A stretch of DNA of 64,000 nucleotides from an uncultured Rhodothermales bacterium (GTDB lineage Bacteria; Bacteroidota; Rhodothermia; Rhodothermales; VXPQ01): NCBI GenBank assembly GCA_965651265.1, contig CBFGRV010000003.1, forward strand, positions 30,472-94,471, given 5' to 3'. How positions within the stretch are numbered: the stretch's first letter is position 1; each line of letters starts with the position of its first letter. The translations under genes and the position numbers were made by a program. The notes beneath the pieces are model-generated. The model saw only the letters and a program-made list of their open reading frames with translations, searched no databases and was not told the origin of the DNA. Below, piece after piece: positions 28,845 through 37,609 of the stretch.

Positions 28845-30803
28845 TCAGGGCACGAAGACGGCCAGGCGCTGGCCGACCCGAATGACGTCGGTACGAAGCG
28901 CATTCCACTTCCGCAGCTCAGCCGCCGTGGCGCCGTACCGTCGCGCAATCGACGTCAGCGTGTCCCCCCGCTTCACCCGATAAGAAATCCAGCGCTGCCG
29001 CTCGCCGCCGGAGGGCCGGCTCTCGCCCGGGTAGATCGTGAGGGCCTGTCCGGCATAGATCCGGCTGGATGAGAGGCTGTTCCACCGCTTCAGATCCGCA
29101 ACCGTCACGCCGTACTCTCGGGCGATGTTCGTCAGATTGTCGCCCCGGCGCACCGTGTAGCGAACGCGAAGGGCGGCGCCCGACGACTCGCTGGAGCTCG
29201 ACCTCACCACACGTTCGGTCGAATCCATATCATCCCCCGAACTGGGGCCTGCTGTCGTCGTGAGTGAAGCCAGACGTACGGGCGTGGCGCCGCGGGTACT
29301 CGGCTCCACGGGCACAGCCAGCTTCTGGCCCGGATGAATCAGCGATCCTCGGATCGAATTGTATGCGCGCAGATCCGCGACCGTCGTGCCATACCTACTA
29401 GCGATCTTCGACAGCGACTCACCGCGACGAACGGTGTGCTCCACGATGCTCCGGCGCTTTTCCGCGGGTAACTCTGCATAGGCAAGCTGGAACAGGTCGG
29501 CTCTACCGGCGGGCACCCGAAGCCGGTACCCCGAGGGCGGCAGGATCTGTCGCGTCAGCTCCGGATTGAGCTCGCGAAGCTCCTCCACACTCGCCCCGGC
29601 GAGCTCGGCCGCTACCTGAACATCCATCGGCCCCTCCACCTCGACCACGTCGAATTCGTACGCGGGTCCAGGCTCCACCCTGGAGAGGCCGAAGGATGCA
29701 GGATCGGTCGCCACCATGCGGGCGGCAATGTACATGGGGACATAATTGCGCGTCTCGCGCGGAAGCTCATCGTAGATGTCCCAGAAGGAAGCCTTGCGGC
29801 CGTGCCGCGCCTGGAAGCGATCCGCGGCGCGTCGCACGCGCGTGGGGCCACAATTGTAGGCCGCAAGCGCGAGATGCCAGTCGCCGAACATGTCGTACAG
29901 GTCGCGAAGATGGCGGGCGGCGGCGCGGGTCGACTTGATCGGATCGGAGCGCTCATCCACCCAGTGCGTGATCTCGAGCCCGTAGGCCCTCCCCGTCGCG
30001 GGCATAAACTGCCACATCCCACCGGCGCCCACCCTGCTCCGGGCTTTCGGATTGAGACCGCTCTCGATCATCGCCAGATACTTGAGCTCATCCGGCAGCC
30101 CCTCTTCCCGGAAAATGGTCTCGATCATGGGAAAGTAGGTGCCGCTTCTGCGCATCCACGGGTAGATGTGTCGATCCGGGCTCTTCTGGAGGTAGCGCAC
30201 GCTCTGTTCGACAAGCCGATTGGTCGTCATGGGGATGGTGCCACCAAGCCGCACCACCTCGGGCAGCGCGATGTCTTCCTCGAGCGGACGGTCGACCTCG
30301 TTGAGGGCCGCGAACATCTCGTCGCGCAGGCGGAAGATCTCTCCGTATTCGACCGACGTCGTGTCGATGGTGCCGTAGTGCGATTCGTAGGCGGTGATGA
30401 CGGATCGGTAGAGCTCTCGGATCTCGGGATCGTCGGATGCGGCGAGACCGCCGTTGGGCGAGCCCATGAGGATGCGGGCATGATCCATGGCTTCATCGAG
30501 CGCGCTTTCGATGCCCGCTCGATCGCCGCGGGCTTCGGCGCGCAGCATCTCCGCCAGGGCCGCGTAGGCTGCCGCTTTATGCTCGATCACCGCGGCATCA
30601 TTAAGCCGGACCGCTGCCCTCACATTACGAGACTCCGAATCCGACACTCCGGTCGCGGCTGCATCATTCCCTCGCTCGCTCGGCATGGCCCGGCCGGAGC
30701 CGCTCCATCCTCCGGTACCGTTTTGCGCTCCTTTGGACGAGCCGCATGCGGAGACGAGGATGGAAACGAACAGGCAGAACGATAGGGTGGAAGCAATCCG
30801 CAT
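28845..30803 (-). CDS. MltD-like lytic transglycosylase lipoprotein with 3 LysM domains
   Basis: Lipobox VSA-C; LAMIESG (catalytic Glu), GMWQFM, ALAAYN and ETRNYVP; three V.RG(D/E).L..IA..YG.T...L...N repeats. Confidence 0.92.
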   Translation of the reverse strand: MRIASTLSFCLFVSILVSACGSSKGAQNGTGGWSGSGRAMPSERGNDAAATGVSDSESRNVRAAVRLNDAAVIEHKAAAYAALAEMLRAEARGDRAGIESALDEAMDHARILMGSPNGGLAASDDPEIRELYRSVITAYESHYGTIDTTSVEYGEIFRLRDEMFAALNEVDRPLEEDIALPEVVRLGGTIPMTTNRLVEQSVRYLQKSPDRHIYPWMRRSGTYFPMIETIFREEGLPDELKYLAMIESGLNPKARSRVGAGGMWQFMPATGRAYGLEITHWVDERSDPIKSTRAAARHLRDLYDMFGDWHLALAAYNCGPTRVRRAADRFQARHGRKASFWDIYDELPRETRNYVPMYIAARMVATDPASFGLSRVEPGPAYEFDVVEVEGPMDVQVAAELAGASVEELRELNPELTRQILPPSGYRLRVPAGRADLFQLAYAELPAEKRRSIVEHTVRRGESLSKIASRYGTTVADLRAYNSIRGSLIHPGQKLAVPVEPSTRGATPVRLASLTTTAGPSSGDDMDSTERVVRSSSSESSGAALRVRYTVRRGDNLTNIAREYGVTVADLKRWNSLSSSRIYAGQALTIYPGESRPSGGERQRWISYRVKRGDTLTSIARRYGATAAELRKWNALRTDVIRVGQRLAVFVP

Positions 30804-30953
30804 CGGTGGTTGCTGGATTCTGGTTGCTGGATGCTGATTTCCGAGCAAGACTACAAAGGCCAGACCCAATTCGTCCGCCAGAGGAGGCAGGCCTGCTCAC
30901 AACGATTTTTGCGAACTAACCTGCGACGCAAACGAAAAAATTTTCGGGAGTGA

Positions 30954-32588
30954 TCAATACTTCACCCACATCTGCAGCGTCCTGTCCGTGACGTCGCAGA
31001 GCTCCTCCGGCTTCATCCCGCGGCTTTGCGCGATACGGCGCAGTTCCTCGGCGAGGTAGCGCTTCAGCGATCTCTCCAGGATGCGCGTGGGGATGCGCTC
31101 GCCGTTGGCCGCGAGGTGGTCGAGCGGCTCGCCGTTCGCGAAGGCCGCGGCGATCGTCCGCAGCGCATCCGAAGCGCCGCCCTCCGACGCCATCGGGCGC
31201 GCCAGGCCCCGATCCAGCGCGAAGCCGACCGCATCTACATCCTCAAAGGACGGATCTACGGCGGCGGCTATCAGCTCGTAGGCCACGCGAAACAGATCCC
31301 GCAAATTGCCAGGCAGCGGATGATGGGACAGGTGCTCGACCACCCGCTCGTGATCGCGCTGATTCAGTCGCAAGTCTCCGGGCGCGACGCGAGCCCGCGC
31401 CATCGACTGCCGAAAAACACTTCGCCACAGCCAGGGCAAATCCTCCCGCACCTCACGCAGCGCCGGCACCTCGAGAACCAGTACGCTGATACGATCCAGG
31501 AAATCCGGATCGAGCCGCTCGGAGAGCTCCGCCCAGGAAAGGTTCGTCGCCGTTACGAGCCGGAAATCGCTGCGCTCGGTCCGCTGCCCGCCAACGCGCG
31601 TAAAACGCTTCTCCTCGAGCGCGCGCAAAAGCATCCGCTGCAGGTCCCGCGAAATGTCCCCGATCTCGTCGAGAAAGAGCGTATCTCCATCGGCCGCGTG
31701 CATCAATCCCTCCGTATCCTTCTTCGCGTCCGTGAAGGCGCCCTTCAAGTAGCCGAACAGCTCGGCGCGCATGGTCTCCGGAGTATACTGGCTGCAGGGC
31801 ACCGAGGGCCACGACTCATCCTGCTCGGGCTTGCGAAACGGCGAATTGCTGCGAATCCACGAGGCCAATGTCGTCTTCCCGGTGCCCCGCTCACCGAGAA
31901 TCAGCACCGGCACGTTGAGCCGCGCGTACCGCCTCGCGTCGGCGTAGAGCGTAGTCAGGCGCTCCGAGCGGAAATGCTTCGGGTCGAGGAGCATCATCTC
32001 CTCGGGCGCGGCGACCTCGTGCGGCCGGGCATGCTGAAAGGCCTTATAGAATGTCGGGATGTCGAGCGAGACGGGCACCACCGCCGGCCGACCGCTCCGA
32101 TGGGCCCGACGAAGGCTCTTCACCATGGTGAACGGCGTTCGAATGAGCCCCATCTCCCCCATCAACACCCAGACCGTCTGCATAGGCGGCGTTCCCGGGC
32201 TGATGTGGACGAGTAGATGATCGTTGGGGTATCGCGCTCCGATCTCGTCGACCTGGTCATTCACGAACTCGAAGATGCCGCTGTAGTCGGTCGGATCCTC
32301 CCCCTGCCACGGCACCAGCTCCACCTCGATTCTTCGCCTGGATGAGAGCCGCTCGATTTCCTTGCGCGTCGCATCCGCGGCGGCGAAGTCCTCGTGCGGA
32401 CGCGGCCCACCATTCGGCTTCCGGTAAAACAGCACGGCCCTCGCCACCTTGCCGCGATAAGGCGACTCCGGATCGAAGAGCAGCGTCAGCGTGGGCCCTG
32501 GCGACTCGCGATCCAGTGTACCGTCGCGTCCGGTGGCGTACGGGTCGGTCCGAAGATCGGCCCAGGAAAGCAGTACGAAATCTTCCAT
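30954..32588 (-). CDS. Sigma54-interacting AAA+ regulator with CARF/RtcR-like N-terminal sensor domain
   Basis: GERGTGKT, ELFGYLKGAFTDA, TLFLDEIG and PGNLRDL; no receiver domain; N-terminal VLLSW...DPTDY...LVHISPGTPPMQTVW resembles the CARF-like Rossmann motif; short C-terminal HTH-like segment. Confidence 0.8.
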   Translation of the reverse strand: MEDFVLLSWADLRTDPYATGRDGTLDRESPGPTLTLLFDPESPYRGKVARAVLFYRKPNGGPRPHEDFAAADATRKEIERLSSRRRIEVELVPWQGEDPTDYSGIFEFVNDQVDEIGARYPNDHLLVHISPGTPPMQTVWVLMGEMGLIRTPFTMVKSLRRAHRSGRPAVVPVSLDIPTFYKAFQHARPHEVAAPEEMMLLDPKHFRSERLTTLYADARRYARLNVPVLILGERGTGKTTLASWIRSNSPFRKPEQDESWPSVPCSQYTPETMRAELFGYLKGAFTDAKKDTEGLMHAADGDTLFLDEIGDISRDLQRMLLRALEEKRFTRVGGQRTERSDFRLVTATNLSWAELSERLDPDFLDRISVLVLEVPALREVREDLPWLWRSVFRQSMARARVAPGDLRLNQRDHERVVEHLSHHPLPGNLRDLFRVAYELIAAAVDPSFEDVDAVGFALDRGLARPMASEGGASDALRTIAAAFANGEPLDHLAANGERIPTRILERSLKRYLAEELRRIAQSRGMKPEELCDVTDRTLQMWVKY

Positions 32589-32677
32589 GAGGGATGGACG
32601 GATGAAACTAACGACTTCATGCGAGGCCGTTCGGTCGCCGGCAGGGCTCGAAACGGACTCCCCGCTCGCGACGTCGA

Positions 32678-35380
32678 CTAGCGATTCTCAGCGGTGACGT
32701 ACTCCCATCGAAGTCGATCAACCTGCGTGCGGAAGGGGAGTTCTCGACCTCGAAGCCGCCGGGCGGCCTGTTCGGCCTCCTCTCGCTTAGAGAATTGCCC
32801 GACGCCAACCAGGTATTCCCACGCCCCACCGGCGGGAACCGCGATGATGCCGGAACGCAGACCCAGATCGCGATAATGCCCCACCAGCCACTGCGCGCCG
32901 CGCAAGCTCCGGAGGCTTCCCACGATAATCGTCCAGCCCGATCGATGGCTTGCGAAGCCCTGGGCGCTATACAGGGGCTGGAACGAGTCGTTCTCGAGTG
33001 GACTGGGAATGTCGAGCGTGGCCGCCGGAAGCCGGTCATCCGGACGCTGTACCCCGATGAACTGCGTAGCGCGCGGCCTCTGTGACAGCATGATCCGCAA
33101 GTGGTCGCCGGCTGCGCGCGCCTGCTCTTCCGGATTTACCGGGGAATGGCGGGACGATTCGTTCTGGTTAGATGTGGATTGGGATTTCGTCCTTCCATCC
33201 TCCGGGTCGCGTTCGGCCGGCTCCGCGGAGGCACGTTCCTCTGGGGGATCGTCGCTCGCGAGCATCGTACCTTCGAGAGCCGCACCCGACAGGCTGGGAA
33301 AAGCCTCTTTGATATAGCCCAGTGCCGTCCCCATATCCAGATTGCCCATGTTGAGCGGGCCTACGAGCAGCACGAGCGCCAGCGAAGCCGCCGCCGACCA
33401 GGATAGGCCGCGGCGAAGCGACCGGCGCGAGGCGAAACTGGTCCGATCCAGATGCCAGATGCGGGCCGTTCGATCATCGCCCGCGGTGACCAGGCGCCGC
33501 CCATCGCGACTGAAGGCGAGAGCCGCCACGGCGCCGGCGTGGCCCGTCAGCCGCTCGGCTAACCGCCCCGACTGAACATCCCACAGCCGCACGACGCGGT
33601 CGCGGCCTGCACCGGCGACGAGTCGACCGTTCGGGCTGAAGGCCGCGGCCATCACACCGGAGGACGAGCCCGCAAGCTCCTGGACGAGCGCCCCGTTCGA
33701 TGCATTCCAGACGGTTACCTTCCGGTCGGATCCGCCGGAGACAAGGCGCCGGCCATCGGGACTGAAGTCTACGGCCATGGCCCAGCCGCGATGTGCCTGA
33801 ATGCAAATGGAGATCGCCTTGCGCGAGCGATCCCAGATGAGCACCTGCCCATCGGATCCGCTCGTGGCGATCCGCCGGCCATCCGGGCTGAATGAGGCAG
33901 ACAGCACGTATCCAAGGTGGCGCCCCACCGTGTCTTCGAGATGTCCGGTGCGCACACTCCAGAGGCGAACCGCGCGATCGGCGCCGCCCGAAACGAGGGT
34001 TTTTCCGTCGGGGCTAAAGGCAAGCGCCATCACCAGGGCGGTAAGCGCATCGATTGTGCGGATCAGCCGGCCCGTGCCGGCATCCCACACGCAGATCTTG
34101 CCGAAGACATCTCCAGAGGCCAGGAATCGGCCATCGGGACTGAAGGTCACCGCCGAAACGCTGCCCTCGTGCGCGAACAGGTCGAACATGAGGCGGCCGT
34201 CGGTCACCTGCCAGACACGCACGACTCCATCGTCGCTGGCGGTGGCCATTCGGCGACTCTCGGGCGCAAAAGCGACGGACTGCACCGGTCGCACATGGGT
34301 GAGGACCATCATCTCCCGGCGGCGTGCGGCCAGGCCGGGACCCGCCGGCCGGTCCTCCTCCCGTTCCACGTCACGTGATTCGCGATCGGCCCGTTCGCTT
34401 TCCGAGACGTCGCGATCGGCAGCGTAGTCGGATCCCCCGCGCGAGTAAACGAAGCGCAATCGCCGCGGGCGGGGAGTATCGTCCAGCAGGCGCGCCGCCA
34501 CGTCCGCATCGGCCGGCGCGTCGACATATTCCCGCAACCGCACACCAGCTTCGCGCAACCCGGCGCGGAGCGTGCTCTGCAGCTCCACGGCCGACGCAAA
34601 GCGCCGGTCGGGATCCTTCTCCAGGCATCGCGCAACCACATCCGCCATCCAGGTCGGCACATCCTCCCGAAGCTCACGAAGGGGCGGCACGGGTTCCTGA
34701 GTCACCTGCTTCATGAGCTCCATGAGCGATGCGAAGCTGTCCCCACTCCGCCGAAAGGGCGTCTGTCCGGTGAGGCACTCGAAGAGGACGACTCCCAGAC
34801 TGTACAGATCGGAGCGTCCGTCGACATCGCGTCCCTGCGCCTGCTCCGGGCTCATGTACTCGGGCGTACCCAGCGCACCCTGTGAGATCCTGGGCAGCGA
34901 CGCCTCGAGCGCGATTCCGAAATCGGCCAGAACGGCTCCGATGCGCGGCTCCATGATGATGTTGGAGCTCTTCACATCGCGGTGCACGATGCGGTGCTTG
35001 TGGATGTGCTCGAGAGCCTCCGCGATGTCGATGCCGATGCGGGCCGTTTCCTCCGCGCTGAGGTGGCCGCGCCGCCTGAGGTGTCGTTCCAGCGTATCGC
35101 CCTCGACCAGCTCCATGACGAGGTGCGGAAATCCACCCTCGACGTGCGCGTCGAACACGGCCGCGACACGCGGATGCTTCAGCCTTGCGAGGGCGTGCGC
35201 CTCACGCTTGAATCGCTCGAGCGCGTCTCCATCCTCCTGTAGCCCCGGGGGCAGCACCTTGAGGGCCACGATGCGATTCAGATGCGTGTCGCGCGCTCGG
35301 TAAACCGCACCCATTCCACCGCTTCCAATTTTCTCGATAAGGTCATATCGACGGAAGACGGGGGTGCGCGAGGTCTCCAT
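32678..35380 (-). CDS. Hanks-type Ser/Thr kinase - 7x WD40 - TM - SPOR-like domain
   Basis: IGSGGMGAVY, VALK, HRDVKSSN, DFG and GTPEYMSPE; seven F(S/A)xx(G/S)...W repeats; one TM; C-terminal WTIIVGS...YLVGVGQFSKREEAEQAARRL SPOR-like motif. Confidence 0.88.
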   Translation of the reverse strand: METSRTPVFRRYDLIEKIGSGGMGAVYRARDTHLNRIVALKVLPPGLQEDGDALERFKREAHALARLKHPRVAAVFDAHVEGGFPHLVMELVEGDTLERHLRRRGHLSAEETARIGIDIAEALEHIHKHRIVHRDVKSSNIIMEPRIGAVLADFGIALEASLPRISQGALGTPEYMSPEQAQGRDVDGRSDLYSLGVVLFECLTGQTPFRRSGDSFASLMELMKQVTQEPVPPLRELREDVPTWMADVVARCLEKDPDRRFASAVELQSTLRAGLREAGVRLREYVDAPADADVAARLLDDTPRPRRLRFVYSRGGSDYAADRDVSESERADRESRDVEREEDRPAGPGLAARRREMMVLTHVRPVQSVAFAPESRRMATASDDGVVRVWQVTDGRLMFDLFAHEGSVSAVTFSPDGRFLASGDVFGKICVWDAGTGRLIRTIDALTALVMALAFSPDGKTLVSGGADRAVRLWSVRTGHLEDTVGRHLGYVLSASFSPDGRRIATSGSDGQVLIWDRSRKAISICIQAHRGWAMAVDFSPDGRRLVSGGSDRKVTVWNASNGALVQELAGSSSGVMAAAFSPNGRLVAGAGRDRVVRLWDVQSGRLAERLTGHAGAVAALAFSRDGRRLVTAGDDRTARIWHLDRTSFASRRSLRRGLSWSAAASLALVLLVGPLNMGNLDMGTALGYIKEAFPSLSGAALEGTMLASDDPPEERASAEPAERDPEDGRTKSQSTSNQNESSRHSPVNPEEQARAAGDHLRIMLSQRPRATQFIGVQRPDDRLPAATLDIPSPLENDSFQPLYSAQGFASHRSGWTIIVGSLRSLRGAQWLVGHYRDLGLRSGIIAVPAGGAWEYLVGVGQFSKREEAEQAARRLRGRELPFRTQVDRLRWEYVTAENR

Positions 35381-35555
35381 AACCAGGTGCCGGCTGGATG
35401 TTGCTAGGCGTGCCGCCAATCCGAGCGCAGGCGGATACGCGGCTTGATGTCCACTTCTCGAAACAAAGCTTGCCTAGCAAGCGGGACGACGCCTGCCGGC
35501 AATCTCGAGGATGAAGCGCATCGGCCAGGGGCACTGCTGCGCACCCTAAACGAGC

Positions 35556-35571
35556 TGCAAGGAGTATGCCC
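35556..35571 (-). promoter_or_regulatory. Candidate sigma54 (-24/-12) promoter upstream of the kinase operon
   Basis: Minus strand GGGCATACTCCTTGCA versus consensus TGGCACGNNNNTTGCW: GG and GC correctly spaced, about 175 nt upstream of the kinase ATG. Confidence 0.4.
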
Positions 35572-35844
35572 AACAGTTGAAGCGCCGGACCCGAATACGG
35601 TACGCGGCGCAGAAACCCAATGCCAGTGCGACGACGTTTTGCGGAAGTTTGTTACAGTGGCACGGCGAAATGACCAGCACCCGGTTGGGCGGCGTGGCAT
35701 CCTGGAGCCACTACCTGTACGACATCGGCGGCGAATAATTAAAGAAACCGTGTAGCCTCGCGGCGCACGATCTTCTCGTGAGGAACGCCGCAGCATTTCA
35801 TACTTTACTACACACCCAAACCGGACAACAAATCGCGACGCATC

Positions 35845-36927
35845 ATGGCTGAAGTAGCAACCTCTCGAATCGCCGACATCCTGGGCAGTGAGGCGGGCGA
35901 CCTTCTCGATCACAAGTGTACGACCATCCCTAAGGAACGCCTTCATCTGCCGGGTCCCGACTTCGTCGACCGCGTCTGGATGCAGTCCGACCGCAATCCT
36001 CGTGTCCTCCGCGCGATGCAACAGCTCTTCGACCATGGTCGACTCGGCGGCACGGGCTACCTCTCCATCCTTCCTGTCGATCAGGGTATCGAGCACGGGG
36101 CGGGTGCTTCGTTTGCGAAGAACCCGGACTACTTCGACCCGGAGAATATCATCAAGCTGGCCATCGAGGGTGGTTGCAACGCGGTGGCTTCGACGTACGG
36201 TGTGCTCGGGTCCGTCGCGCGGAAGTACGCGCACAAAATCCCGTTCATCCTGAAGTTCAACCACAACGAGCTGCTGTCCTATCCGAACACCTACGATCAG
36301 ATTCTCTTCTCCACGCGGGTCGAGGATGCCTTCAACATGGGCTGCATCGGAGTGGGCGCCACGATCTATTTCGGCTCGGAAGAATCCGCGCGTCAGTTGC
36401 AGGAGGTCTCCGAGATGTTCTCACTGGCACACGAGATGGGTATGCTGACCATCCTGTGGTGCTACGTGCGCAACTCGGCCTTCAAGCAGAACGGCGTGAA
36501 CCACGAAACGAGCGCCGACCTCACCGGGCAGGCCAATCACCTCGGCGTCACGATTGAGGCCGACATCATCAAGCAGAAGCAGCCGGAGCAGAACGGCGGC
36601 CTCAAAGCGCTGAACATGGGATCCTCCAGCTACGGCAAGCTGGATGAGCGGATTTACTCGGAATTGTCTTCCGACCATCCGATCGACCTGACCCGCTACC
36701 AGGTGGCGAACTGCTACATGGGCCGATGTGGCCTCATCAATTCGGGCGGTGGCTCGAGCAAGAACGACCTTCAGCAGGCCGTTCGGACCGCCGTCATCAA
36801 CAAGCGCGCCGGCGGGATGGGCTTGATCTCAGGACGAAAGGCTTTTCAGAAGCCCATGAATGAGGGCGTCGAGATCCTTCATGCGATCCAGGATGTGTAC
36901 CTCGACGACAGCATCTCCATCGCGTGA
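35845..36927 (+). CDS. fbaB: Class I fructose-bisphosphate aldolase (FbaB/DhnA)
   Basis: [25 protein letters not shown] and [16 protein letters not shown]. Confidence 0.96.
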   Translation: MAEVATSRIADILGSEAGDLLDHKCTTIPKERLHLPGPDFVDRVWMQSDRNPRVLRAMQQLFDHGRLGGTGYLSILPVDQGIEHGAGASFAKNPDYFDPENIIKLAIEGGCNAVASTYGVLGSVARKYAHKIPFILKFNHNELLSYPNTYDQILFSTRVEDAFNMGCIGVGATIYFGSEESARQLQEVSEMFSLAHEMGMLTILWCYVRNSAFKQNGVNHETSADLTGQANHLGVTIEADIIKQKQPEQNGGLKALNMGSSSYGKLDERIYSELSSDHPIDLTRYQVANCYMGRCGLINSGGGSSKNDLQQAVRTAVINKRAGGMGLISGRKAFQKPMNEGVEILHAIQDVYLDDSISIA

Positions 36928-37086
36928 GCCGCGCCACGCCGGCGCTGCCGGCTGAGGCCCCACGCCACGGGCACGATTGTTGTTTATCCCCCGAAAGCCG
37001 TCGTCGGCTTTGCTCTGACGGCGGCTTTCCGGGTAAGATTGAAACGGGCGGATTCGAATATGTCGACCTACGTAGGAGGCAATACA

Positions 37087-37536
37087 ATGCGGCTGCATAT
37101 CGTAACCGCCCTGGCTTTCATGCTGCTGCTCGCCGGATGCGACGCCACCGAGGATGATTCGGAAGCCCGGCGCTTCGACTCGGCGTGGCAGATCGTGGAA
37201 GTCGAGTCCCAGAACGTGGACTACACGTCGTTCGTCCTCGGACGCTATACGAGTGCGGTCATCGCATTCAACTCGAAGGAGGATGAGTTTACGATTCTGC
37301 TCGATGTGGCCGACTCCCCCGACGATATCATCATTCGGGGCGAGTTCAGGGTGGATGCAGACGATAGCGAGCTCACCCTCTTCTCCGACAGCTTCGGTGC
37401 CTTCGACTTCGACTACATCTTCGAGAACGAGAACCGGGTAATCCTCTTCACGGAGGACGATGATCCCATTCTCCAGGACCTTTTCGAGGTCGCGCTCGAT
37501 CTCGAAGAGGTTATCCTGGTGTTGGATCGCGACTGA
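37087..37536 (+). CDS. Acidic lipoprotein, lipocalin-like, function unknown
   Basis: GGAGG RBS; lipobox LAG-C; SAWQIV motif; beta-rich. Confidence 0.7.
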   Translation: MRLHIVTALAFMLLLAGCDATEDDSEARRFDSAWQIVEVESQNVDYTSFVLGRYTSAVIAFNSKEDEFTILLDVADSPDDIIIRGEFRVDADDSELTLFSDSFGAFDFDYIFENENRVILFTEDDDPILQDLFEVALDLEEVILVLDRD

Positions 37537-37609
37537 GCCCGCGAGCGAGTCGGCATCTTCGCGTTTGGATGCTTATCATCGGCGGTCCCGATTTCTTTCG
37601 GGCATTTCG

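Noticed and set aside
30845-30862. Possible sigma54 promoter upstream of mltD (TGGC-N10-TTGC on the minus strand)
   Set aside because: Spacing is 3 nt too long and sigma54 spacing is strict. Similar off-by-one motifs near 41103 and 43231 were rejected for the same reason.
30954-32588. Calling the activator rtcR
   Set aside because: No rtcA/rtcB neighbours and the N-domain only resembles RtcR/CARF, so the symbol was withheld.
35444-35755. 103-aa ORF, or the missing remainder of the truncated oxidoreductase, between the kinase and fbaB
   Set aside because: No recognisable motifs; better explained as a divergent promoter region.
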